Part shown: piece after piece, positions 10,871 through 19,172 of the stretch
How the letters are laid out: the number at the start of each line of letters is the position of its first letter
Position numbering within the stretch: position 1 is the stretch's first letter
Source: Nannocystales bacterium
GTDB lineage: Bacteria > Myxococcota_A > Polyangia > Nannocystales > Nannocystaceae
DNA: 64,000 bases
Reading direction: 5' to 3'
Assembly: GCA_050633305.1 (NCBI GenBank)
Contig: JBOEGF010000013.1
Span: 64,001 to 128,000, forward strand
Notes under the pieces: generated by a model
The model's input: only the letters and a program-made list of their open reading frames with translations
What the model was told of the DNA's origin: nothing
The model's database searches: none
Made by a program: the position numbers and the translations under genes

Positions 10871-11548
10871 ATGAAGGTTAAATCAGTACTGTTCGCGGGC
10901 CTCCTCTGTCTGACCGCGACCCCTGGCTGCGACCAAGACTCCGGGTCTGCCGAGGAACACGACGACCACGACGACCACGACGACCACGACGACCACGACC
11001 ACAACCACGAGAACGAGCTGATCACGACGGTGACCCTCACCTTCACCTCGGAGTCCGGAGAGACCGTGACGGCCTCGTTCCGTGACCTCGATGGCGACGG
11101 TGGTGCATCGGGCACAACAGACGACCTCGTCCTCGCGCCGGATACAACCTACGCGGTCCGTCTCGAACTCCTCAACGAACTCGAGACCGAGGTCGAGGAC
11201 GTGACGGAGGAGATTGCCGAGGAAGCCGAGGAGCACTTCGTCTTCCTGTACGGCCCCAACGTGAGCGGCCCGAGTTCGGAAGGGGACGGCTTCCTCGTCC
11301 ATGAGTTCGACGACCTCGAGTCGGACTACACAGAAAATGTCGTCGGCGAGGACCTCCCGGTCGGCATCGCAAGCATCGTCACGACCAGCGCCGCAGGCGA
11401 TGGCCGCCTGAGCCTTGTGGTACGCCACCTCCCGGACATCAACGACGCGCCGCAGAAGTCCTCAGAGCTCCCGGACGCCTTCGCGCAAGGAGAGGCGATC
11501 GCGGGCAGCAACGATGTCGACGTGACATTCGAAGTCAGCGTCCGGTGA
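10871..11548 (+). CDS. His/Asp-rich acidic lipoprotein, putative metal-binding
   Basis: Signal peptide ending TPG-C, then (HDD)4-HDHNH, then ENELITTVTLTFT...DLDGDGG...EEAEEHFVF...VVRHLP...DVDVTFEV. Confidence 0.8.
   Translation: MKVKSVLFAGLLCLTATPGCDQDSGSAEEHDDHDDHDDHDDHDHNHENELITTVTLTFTSESGETVTASFRDLDGDGGASGTTDDLVLAPDTTYAVRLELLNELETEVEDVTEEIAEEAEEHFVFLYGPNVSGPSSEGDGFLVHEFDDLESDYTENVVGEDLPVGIASIVTTSAAGDGRLSLVVRHLPDINDAPQKSSELPDAFAQGEAIAGSNDVDVTFEVSVR
10958..11008 (+). repeat. Coding tandem repeat (CACGACGAC)x4 plus a degenerate tail
   Basis: Four perfect 9-bp units at 10958-10993 encode HDD x4, followed by HDHNH. Confidence 0.9.
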
Positions 11549-11606
11549 CGCGGATCCACGAGTTGCTCCCAAGCCCGCGCGGCGTACCCAGGAACACGGA
11601 CGAACA

Positions 11607-12190
11607 ATGACCGAACCCATCGTCGATAGCTGGGACCTCCACGCGGACACCTACTCGAGGATTGCCGCGCCGTGCACCGGCTACCTCGCGCAATCCCTCT
11701 TTCTCCACGTCGCTGGTCGCCTTGCCCCGGCGGCCAGGGTCCTCGACGTGGCGTGTGGGAATGGCGAGCTGTCTCGTGCCGCGGTCTTGCACGCCATGCA
11801 CACCGCGGAGACCGCCGACAACCATGGACACCTGACCGCCGTCGACTTCTCGCCGGCGATGGTCGACCGAACCCGAAGTCAGCTCGCCGCGATCGCCAAC
11901 GACCCGGTGGCGTTCTCGCGACCGCGGTCTGGCGGGGTCCAGAGTACAAGGAGCTCGCGCGGCTTCAGATGGAGCCGGTCTTCGCGGCACTCCCCGCCCG
12001 GGTCCGCGACAATGCGCCCCGAGCTGGGTGGGTCGTCCCGTTCGGTTCGGGGCCTCATGCCACTTCTTCGTGGCTCGTCGAACCTGAGCCCCCCTTCCCG
12101 AGTTGCGCGGCGACGAGCGTCCTGCGCGAAAACGCCCGCATCGATCTTTTTTCGGACCGGGTGAGGGATTCGGCGGACGGGGTCCGTTGA
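11607..12190 (+). pseudogene. Class I SAM-dependent methyltransferase with internal deletion and frameshift
   Basis: The first frame has VLDVACGNG and AVDFSPAMV. At about 11900 the later motif RPGGVLATAVW appears in another frame, and the intervening motifs are absent. Confidence 0.7.
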
Positions 12191-12204
12191 GAGGCCTGGA
12201 ACCG

Positions 12205-13926
12205 ATGCGTGCTTTTCGAAACACACTTCCAGCCGTTGCTCTTCTCCTGCTCGTGCCCGCCTGCGACTCCAAAGAGGACGCTGGGAGCAAGGAAGGTGAG
12301 AGCGCCAAAAAGTCCGGTGGAGACGAGGCCGCAAAAGGCGCTGCTGCAGGTGAGGCCGCGGCCGCGCCTGTCCCCTTGAAGGCGGTTCAGGTCGCCGCGG
12401 GCAACAGCGCCGCGTGTGCCTTGATGAACAACGGCACCGCGCGTTGCTGGGGTCGGAACAACAGGGGTGAACACGGCATCGAGCCCTCGGACACAGATGC
12501 AGCAACACCCGTCGCGGTTCCCGGGGTCAAGGACGCCACCGACATCTGGATGGGTGGTGACTCGGGCAGCTCGGGCGACATGACCTGCGTGCGGACGAAA
12601 GCAGGGTCGATCTCCTGTTGGGGAAGTGCCGCCAACAAACCCAAGACCGACGGCAAGACGTGGACCAGTGCGGTGGAGGAGATCCCCGAGCTCAAGGGCG
12701 CCAAGGACCTGGCGCTCGGCGGCGGCACGCAATACGCCGTGACCGCGACGGGGTCGGTGATGGCATGGGGCAGCAACGCGTTCAACTCGATCGGCAACGG
12801 CGACACCAGTGGGGGCGACAAAGGCCTGACCGAGGTTCCCGGGGTGTCCAAGGCCAAGGCCTTGGCGGCGGGGCAAAACCACGCTTGCGCCCTGCTCGAG
12901 GACGGCACGGTCACCTGCTGGGGGTACGTCACGCCCAAGCAAGCTCCGAAGAAGATCGAAGGCCTGTCCGGCGTAGTCTCCATCGGCGCCGGTTCGGGGA
13001 ACAGCGACACCTGTGCGGTCACGGCCGACAAGAAGGTGCAGTGCTGGAGCGGCTCGCAGAAAGTCCGTGAAGAGAGCGGTCTCGAAGACGTCTCCCTGAT
13101 GCGTGCCCGCAACCACAAGTGCGTGATGACCAACGCAGGCGGTGTCCAGTGCTGGGGCTACAACGACCGAGGACAGGTCGGAACCGGCGAGCTCAAGGGC
13201 AGCAACGGCAAGAAAGATCCGGTCGTCGACTTGGGCAAGGCCGTGCATGTGGACGTGGGATCGAACTTCGCGTGCGCCGCTGTGGACGACGGGAACGTCA
13301 AATGCTGGGGGTGGAACAACCGCGGCCAACTCGGCGACGGAACGCTCATCGACCGCCCAAAACCCGTCGTGGTCACAGGCCTCACCGCCGACACCCTTGC
13401 GCCCGCGAAAGATGGCGCCGACCAGGCACAGGAATCCGAGGTTGCGATGGACTGGAGCGGGCTTCCTGAGGCATGCACCAAGCCATCCAAGATCACCGCC
13501 AAGGACAAGTTCCTCAAGGGTGACTTCAACGTCGCCAGCGCCTACGCAACCTCGCGCAGCGACGGAAAGTACGTCGACGTCAACCTGGCGACGTTCAAGA
13601 TGGACCCCAAGCGCCTGTACGACGGACCGCGAGGCAAGCAGTTCCGACTCAACCTCAACCTCGGCAAGGTCGACGTCGAGTCCAAAGAGACGTTTCCAGT
13701 GGACGTGGGCGAGTACATCTTTGGGCTCAAGCAAGAGCGCAAGGTCGCGAGCAACGTGCAGCACAAGTCGGGCAACAACATGTTGATGCGGCTTTCCCTC
13801 GAAGGCGCCAGCCCCGGCTCGGTCAGTGTCGCGCACATGGATGACACCTGGATCTGCGGCGAGCTGAAGCTGAAGACCAAGGATTCGAGCTTCACCGGGC
13901 CCTGGGCGGCACGCCTCGTGAAGTAG
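12205..13926 (+). CDS. RCC1-repeat (BLIP-II-like beta-propeller) lipoprotein with an unknown C-terminal domain
   Basis: Lipobox LVPA-C, repeats of the form VAAG..ACAL...G.A.CWG.N..G..G, HACALLEDGTVTCWG and CWGWNNRGQLGDG. Confidence 0.85.
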   Translation: MRAFRNTLPAVALLLLVPACDSKEDAGSKEGESAKKSGGDEAAKGAAAGEAAAAPVPLKAVQVAAGNSAACALMNNGTARCWGRNNRGEHGIEPSDTDAATPVAVPGVKDATDIWMGGDSGSSGDMTCVRTKAGSISCWGSAANKPKTDGKTWTSAVEEIPELKGAKDLALGGGTQYAVTATGSVMAWGSNAFNSIGNGDTSGGDKGLTEVPGVSKAKALAAGQNHACALLEDGTVTCWGYVTPKQAPKKIEGLSGVVSIGAGSGNSDTCAVTADKKVQCWSGSQKVREESGLEDVSLMRARNHKCVMTNAGGVQCWGYNDRGQVGTGELKGSNGKKDPVVDLGKAVHVDVGSNFACAAVDDGNVKCWGWNNRGQLGDGTLIDRPKPVVVTGLTADTLAPAKDGADQAQESEVAMDWSGLPEACTKPSKITAKDKFLKGDFNVASAYATSRSDGKYVDVNLATFKMDPKRLYDGPRGKQFRLNLNLGKVDVESKETFPVDVGEYIFGLKQERKVASNVQHKSGNNMLMRLSLEGASPGSVSVAHMDDTWICGELKLKTKDSSFTGPWAARLVK

Positions 13927-13946
13927 GAACTCGGTATACTCGACGC

Positions 13947-14930
13947 GTGCGGGGATGGGCGTGGCTGGTGTGCGTCGCGGTGCTGGGCTGTCAGCCTTCG
14001 CCTGCTTCCGAGGGCAGCCGCGGGACTGAGGGCAGCGACGAAACGAGCACCACGTCGACGACTACCACCACCGCAACCACCGACGACCCGAGCGGCAGTA
14101 CGACGGGACTCGCCTCGACGGGTCCCGCCGGTTCCACAGGCGCGGCCGCCGTCTGCAATGGGTCTCCCGTTCTTTGCGAGCGGGCCTACGACACGGTTGT
14201 CTTCCCGGGTACACACAACTCGGTCGCCGCGACCCAAAGTGGCTTTGCGCCCATCAACGCCAACCAAACGAAACCCGTAGCAGACCAGCTCGACGACGGG
14301 ATTCGCGTCCTGTTGCTCGACGTGACCTACGACGACGGCGAGACCGCTTTGTGCCATGGTCCCTGCTCCCTCGGCTCGCGGCCCCACATCGAAGTGCTCG
14401 AAGAGCTCCGGACATTCCTGGTCGACAACCCCCGCGAGGTGGTCACGATCATCTACCAAGACTCGGTCGCGCCTGCCGATATCGCCGCAGACTTCGACGA
14501 AGCCGACCTCCTCGGTCTCGTCTACACCCACGGCGGTGACGCATGGCCGACCCTGGCTGAGATGATCGACGCTGATACCCGGCTGGTCGTGACCGCCGAG
14601 AACTCGGGACCCCCTCCGGCGTGGTTTCACCGGATCTGGGATCTGGCGTGGGATACGCCGTACACCTTCACGAGCGTCGATTCGTTCTCCTGCGAACACA
14701 ACCGGGGTGATCTGCGGCACCCTCTGTTTCTACTCAACCACTGGCTGAGCAACGCCGCCGGGTTGCCAGCGGCGGGCATGGCCGCGCAAGCCAATGCCGC
14801 GGACGTCCTCCTGGCGCGCGTGGGCCAGTGTCAGCAACGCATGGGCCGAACTCCGACGTTCATCGCCGTCGACTACTACGATCAGGGCGACCTGTTCGAG
14901 GTCGTGCAGATGCTCAACGCTCAGCGGTAG
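13947..14930 (+). CDS. PI-PLC X-domain-like phosphodiesterase lipoprotein
   Basis: Lipobox VLG-C, Thr-rich stalk, CNG...LC.R.YD, GTHNS, NQ....QLDDGIR.L.LD, LCHG, FL..NP.EVVTI, LLNHWL and PTFIAVDYY. Confidence 0.85.
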   Translation: MRGWAWLVCVAVLGCQPSPASEGSRGTEGSDETSTTSTTTTTATTDDPSGSTTGLASTGPAGSTGAAAVCNGSPVLCERAYDTVVFPGTHNSVAATQSGFAPINANQTKPVADQLDDGIRVLLLDVTYDDGETALCHGPCSLGSRPHIEVLEELRTFLVDNPREVVTIIYQDSVAPADIAADFDEADLLGLVYTHGGDAWPTLAEMIDADTRLVVTAENSGPPPAWFHRIWDLAWDTPYTFTSVDSFSCEHNRGDLRHPLFLLNHWLSNAAGLPAAGMAAQANAADVLLARVGQCQQRMGRTPTFIAVDYYDQGDLFEVVQMLNAQR

Positions 14931-14968
14931 TGCCCGGCCAGGCCTCCGCGAGCGTGTCGGGCTCGGGG

Positions 14969-15556
14969 TCACTGCCACGTTAAGCGGAAGCGCACAGTTC
15001 GCGCACGAGGGTCCAAGGCCTCGACGAAGACCTCCCCTTGCACCCCACAGAGATCGAGCAACGCATGAAACGCCCCGGAGATCGCTCGTAGATAGACCTC
15101 CGAGGCGAGAACGGCATCGGGCATCTCCACAAAGTCCAGCGCCGCTGCGTTCGCTCCGAGATCGACGAACTCTGGCTTGCCGCCGTCGCGATACAAGCTG
15201 CTCCACCCTCGCCGGCTCGTCTTGAGCATCCCCTTGGGACTCAGACCGAACACCTTTCGCACGCCTTCGATAAACGGCCGCAGCAGTTTTTGGTCCATCG
15301 AGGCGGTCAGCGACTGACGCGCCCGCTCGAAGTCACTTCGGGGGCCGCAGGTCGCTTCGACCGCGTGGCTGAGCACGATGTCCACGTCGAGCGGGATCCA
15401 TGACGTACCGATCGCATCGCGAATCAGCGCCAACGACTCCGCACCGATCGCTTCGTGAAGCTCCTGCACCCGTTCGCCGGCCAGGCGCTCCGCAATCGTG
15501 AGGCTAACCTTGACCTGCGTCGCCTTGATCTGGGGCTGCCCGCCGGTCTCCTCCAC
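14969..15556 (-). CDS. Myxobacterial DUF2378-like protein (second paralog)
   Basis: QIKA.., SWIPLD, 'RGWSSLYRDGG', 'AISGAFHALLDLCG..GEV' and terminal FRLTW. Start is uncertain (GTG 15556 or 15652). Confidence 0.55.
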   Translation of the reverse strand: MEETGGQPQIKATQVKVSLTIAERLAGERVQELHEAIGAESLALIRDAIGTSWIPLDVDIVLSHAVEATCGPRSDFERARQSLTASMDQKLLRPFIEGVRKVFGLSPKGMLKTSRRGWSSLYRDGGKPEFVDLGANAAALDFVEMPDAVLASEVYLRAISGAFHALLDLCGVQGEVFVEALDPRARTVRFRLTWQ

Positions 15557-15739
15557 AAGACTTGTGTACTCGAAAGCCGAGCCGTCTGCCACGACGGACC
15601 GCCGACCGATGCCTGGTTCGCACCCAGCGGCGACCGAACGCCGGCCTATCACGGGCCCGCGACAGGCCGAGAGCCGCTCCCACCGGGGCCCGTTGACGGT
15701 CTGCGGCTCCACACCCCTGAGAAACGGTAGGCTGCGGGC

Positions 15740-16519
15740 GTGAGCACCACCGCCCTCCCCCGAGCGAACATCGCTCGCTACGCCTCCGCGCTCCGTGAAG
15801 GCGGTTCGCTTCCAGCCCTGGTCGAGGCGGAGGGTGGCGAGATGATGGTGGCCAAGTGGCGCGGCGCTGGACAAGGCGTCGCGGCGCTCGTGGCCGAGAT
15901 CATCGCAGGAGAGTTGGCCCGTGCTGCGGGATTCAACATGCCCGGGCTTGCCATCCTCGAGCTCAATACCGCGATCGGAAAGAACGAACGCGATCAGGAG
16001 ATCCGCGACCTTCTCGTCGCCAGTGAGGGCTCGAACCTTGGGATGCAGTTCCTCGAAGGCGCACTCGCATTTGACCCTGCGGCCCATGTGGACCTGGCCC
16101 CGGGAACCGCCGCCAAGCTGGTCCTGTTCGACAGTGTCGTGATGAACGTGGACCGGACCGCACGGAACACCAACTTGTTGTGGTGGAATGACGACCTGTG
16201 GCTCATCGACCACGGCGCGGCGCTGTATTGGCATCACGGATGGGACGGTGCGGTCGAACGCCCGACCCGAGCGTTCCCGATGGTCGGGCAGCATGTCTTG
16301 CTTCCCGTGGCGGACCGACTGGAGGACGCGGCGGCCGAGCTTGGTTCGCTTCTCACTCCCGAACAGGTCGCCGCTGCCGTGGGCAAAGTCCCGACGCCGT
16401 GGCTCATCGGGGACGACGCAGATGCCCGACGCGATGCGTACATCGGGTTCTTGACGGCGCGCGTCGAGGCGCTGCCAGCTCTCGTTGAGGAGGCGAGCAA
16501 TGCCCGCGCAGCCCTTTGA
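15740..16519 (+). CDS. HipA-like (PI3/4-kinase superfamily) kinase
   Basis: LREGGSLPALV P-loop, VAKWRGAGQG..ALVAE, catalytic N.DR...N.N (NVDRTARNTNLL) and LIDHG. Confidence 0.85.
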   Translation: MSTTALPRANIARYASALREGGSLPALVEAEGGEMMVAKWRGAGQGVAALVAEIIAGELARAAGFNMPGLAILELNTAIGKNERDQEIRDLLVASEGSNLGMQFLEGALAFDPAAHVDLAPGTAAKLVLFDSVVMNVDRTARNTNLLWWNDDLWLIDHGAALYWHHGWDGAVERPTRAFPMVGQHVLLPVADRLEDAAAELGSLLTPEQVAAAVGKVPTPWLIGDDADARRDAYIGFLTARVEALPALVEEASNARAAL

Positions 16520-16919
16520 CTACGCCGTGGTGCGGTGGGTTCCAGACCTCGACCGGGGCGAATGGCTGAATGTGGGCGTGCTGATGTACTGCGCGGTCGC
16601 GGACCACATTGGGTGCCGTGTGGAGTTCGACACCGTCCGAGCGACCGCGCTATGCCCCGCCGCCGATCACTCCGCGCCCGCCCAACATCTGTCCGCCCTC
16701 GCCGCAGTTTGTCGCGGTGACTCGGATGCGGGTCCGGTGGCACGGTTTCCGACTGGGGAGAGGTTTCATTGGCTGGTGCACCCGCGGAGCGCTGCGCTAC
16801 AGGTCTCGGCGGTGCATGCAGGGTTGTCGGAGGACCTGCCCACGACGCTCGACCAACTCTTCGAGCGTCTGGTGCGGATTCGCCCGACGCCCCCCTCTCC
16901 CCTCAGCACGGGGGCCTAG
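16500..16919 (+). CDS. DUF3037-domain protein
   Basis: FDYAVVRWVPDLDRGEWLNVGVLMYC, ERFHWLVHPRSA.LQ.S.VHAG and LDQLFERLV. Overlaps the kinase gene by 20 nt. Confidence 0.85.
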   Translation: MPAQPFDYAVVRWVPDLDRGEWLNVGVLMYCAVADHIGCRVEFDTVRATALCPAADHSAPAQHLSALAAVCRGDSDAGPVARFPTGERFHWLVHPRSAALQVSAVHAGLSEDLPTTLDQLFERLVRIRPTPPSPLSTGA

Positions 16920-17604
16920 TACAGCATTCCTGCGTATCGAAGGCGCACTTGGAGTCGCACGAGAGCACGCCCTTGGGAAGCCCGAGGTCCACGCACGTCG
17001 TCCCGTCGAGGTTGTCGCCGTCGCAATCCTCGGCGCGGCCTTCCTGCACGTAGCCATCACCGCAGCTGGCAGGAACACAGCCCGACACGCATGTGTCGCT
17101 GTTGCTGCTGTTGCCGTCATCGCACTCTTCGTCCATGCCGAGGAAACCGTCGCCACAGAACGCGAACGCACAGAGCACGCAGCTGTCGCTCTCGTCGTCG
17201 TTTCCATCGTCGCACGCCTCGCCGTCTTGGAGCTGTCCGTCGCCGCACCGCGCACGAACACAGCTGTTGCTGCAGAGGTCGTGATCGATGAGGTTTCCGT
17301 CATCGCACTCTTCTGCGCCGTCGAGGATGCCATTGGGGCACAGCACGGCGGACGGATCTCCCGTCGTGCTGCCCGAAGCACTCGTCTGCGTACCTGCGGA
17401 CTCAGTCCCGGTCCCAGACGAACCGACGGGGTCTCCGCGGGTCCCGCTCGCCGCCGTTCCCGAGGTGGAAGTGCCGAGTGACGCCGCGCTCGTCGACCCG
17501 TCGGTGTCGGTATCGGTGCCCGTTGCGCCCGCTCCCGACGAATCACCCCCGCCGCATCCGCCGGCAAACAACACGAGGGCCACGCCGACACTGAGCCGCG
17601 TCAC
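16903..17604 (-). CDS. Myxococcus cysteine-rich repeat (DUF4215) lipoprotein
   Basis: Lipobox AGG-C, S/T/G stalk, and 3-4 repeats of CG(D/N)G......E.CDDGN....D.C. GTG start overlaps the upstream stop (GTGA). Confidence 0.85.
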   Translation of the reverse strand: MTRLSVGVALVLFAGGCGGGDSSGAGATGTDTDTDGSTSAASLGTSTSGTAASGTRGDPVGSSGTGTESAGTQTSASGSTTGDPSAVLCPNGILDGAEECDDGNLIDHDLCSNSCVRARCGDGQLQDGEACDDGNDDESDSCVLCAFAFCGDGFLGMDEECDDGNSSNSDTCVSGCVPASCGDGYVQEGRAEDCDGDNLDGTTCVDLGLPKGVLSCDSKCAFDTQECCTRPPC

Positions 17605-18977
17605 TCCCGGCCCTCCATCTCCCCGAACTCCAGCAACGTGTCGCGACCCGACTTGTGCTGCAACAGGACCCATTCCGGCGTTCGAACGGTTCGCTCGAGT
17701 CGCACCTCGTCGAGAATCCCCTCGAACTGCCGGCCGTGGTTGGAGCGGTTTCCGATCGCAAGCGGAAGCTCGACATCCGTCACCAGATCCGCATCAGGCA
17801 CGGTGCCGGTGCTCGCCAAGACCTGCTCCACGCCGTTGAGGTAGAAGCGCGCAGCGCTCTGGTCCCCCTCGACCGCGATGTCGACCGTCACCACGACATG
17901 GGACCACGTCGCCAACGAGATGGTGTCCGGTGCAGTGCTCCAGCGAGTCGAATCGCTTTCCCCGACGAAGTTCAGCCCGAATGTCAGCTCTCCTGCCTGC
18001 GACAGGTACAAGAGCCACCCTCCGGAGGTCCCTTTGTCCAGGATTCGGCCGTAGCCGTTGTGCCCCCACCCCCACGGCCGAATCCATGCGGAGACCGTGA
18101 CGCCGCCCAAGAAGAGGTCGTCGATCGCCGGAGAGGACGCAACTTCCAAGCGCGAGGTCTGGGTCAGCAACTCGGCTCCCTCGAAGATCTGCCCTTGGGT
18201 CGTGCCCACTTCGCCGAAGGCGACCGCGTGTTGCCCGTTGGCTGAAGAGTCCTCCGTCCCCTCCGCCATGTGCCACACGGCCGCGTAGACGTCGGGCCAG
18301 ACATCGCTGAACACGTTGGAGGTCTCGGCGACCGCATTGCCATAGTAGATCCAGAAGTGATCGTCGGCGCCTCCCGAGACATCGACGCTCGTCCAAACCA
18401 TCGATGTTCCGTTCGGGTCCCAAGTCTCGATCTCATGGGGGAGAACGCTGCCGGTCGACGATACGAACCGGAGGTCCTCGGCGTCAGCCTGCATCAGCTC
18501 GTAGTCGATGCGTCCCGGCCCGAGACGTACGGCAACCGGAACGTCGCTTTGCAATCCGTATGCACCCGCAGCGACCGACACCCGTCGGCGGTACGACCAC
18601 TCGCAGTCCCACCAATCCTCCGGACAGCCCGCCCCCATCGTGGCCCCGGTGCTGGAGGTGCCTTCAGACGAAGCGGTCTCCGCCGGACCCTCGGAGCTGG
18701 AGCTTTCGAGCCCGCCCGCCGTCGAACTCGTGACGTCCGCCATCTCGGTGTCGGCCGTACACTCCCCTCCGAACGGCGGCACGCTGGCTTCGCCAAAGCG
18801 GCGACCCGACGGGCAGTCGAGGTCGGGAAAGCTGCACGCCCCGTTCGGCTCACACACGCCTTCGCCGCCGCAATCGTTCACCCCGTCGCAGAAGAAGAAC
18901 GCCTCCTCCTGGCAAGCAAGCCCTACGGTTGCCGCGAGGAAGCCGCCGGCCCACGCGGCGAGTGCCGACCATCGCAT
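17601..18977 (-). CDS. DUF2341 + LamG/concanavalin-like domain lipoprotein
   Basis: GLA-C lipobox, Cys-rich module, S/T stalk, WWDCEWSYRR, DLRF...LPHEIETW, IYYGN, VWHM, then LamG (TVSAWI...WSHVVVT...YLNG...FEGILDEVR). Confidence 0.85.
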   Translation of the reverse strand: MRWSALAAWAGGFLAATVGLACQEEAFFFCDGVNDCGGEGVCEPNGACSFPDLDCPSGRRFGEASVPPFGGECTADTEMADVTSSTAGGLESSSSEGPAETASSEGTSSTGATMGAGCPEDWWDCEWSYRRRVSVAAGAYGLQSDVPVAVRLGPGRIDYELMQADAEDLRFVSSTGSVLPHEIETWDPNGTSMVWTSVDVSGGADDHFWIYYGNAVAETSNVFSDVWPDVYAAVWHMAEGTEDSSANGQHAVAFGEVGTTQGQIFEGAELLTQTSRLEVASSPAIDDLFLGGVTVSAWIRPWGWGHNGYGRILDKGTSGGWLLYLSQAGELTFGLNFVGESDSTRWSTAPDTISLATWSHVVVTVDIAVEGDQSAARFYLNGVEQVLASTGTVPDADLVTDVELPLAIGNRSNHGRQFEGILDEVRLERTVRTPEWVLLQHKSGRDTLLEFGEMEGRE

Positions 18978-19172
18978 CTCCCCGATTCTACGCGATTCGA
19001 GGGTCGCTCGGCGGACTGCGGCACTCCGGGAGTCCTCAGGTGCGCCCATTCTCCTCAGGGGCACACCGAGACGTACAACCTTCTCGCTCCGCAAACTCCG
19101 CAGCGCGTTTTCCGGTGTGGAGCCGGCGGCGTGTCCAAGCGGAGCCTGTGGCGTCCGCCAAGGGCCGTCCGC

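Noticed and set aside
10958..11008. Short tandem repeats (also 60654-60870) as CRISPR or VNTR arrays
   Set aside because: They are in-frame coding repeats without spacers, and there are no cas genes.
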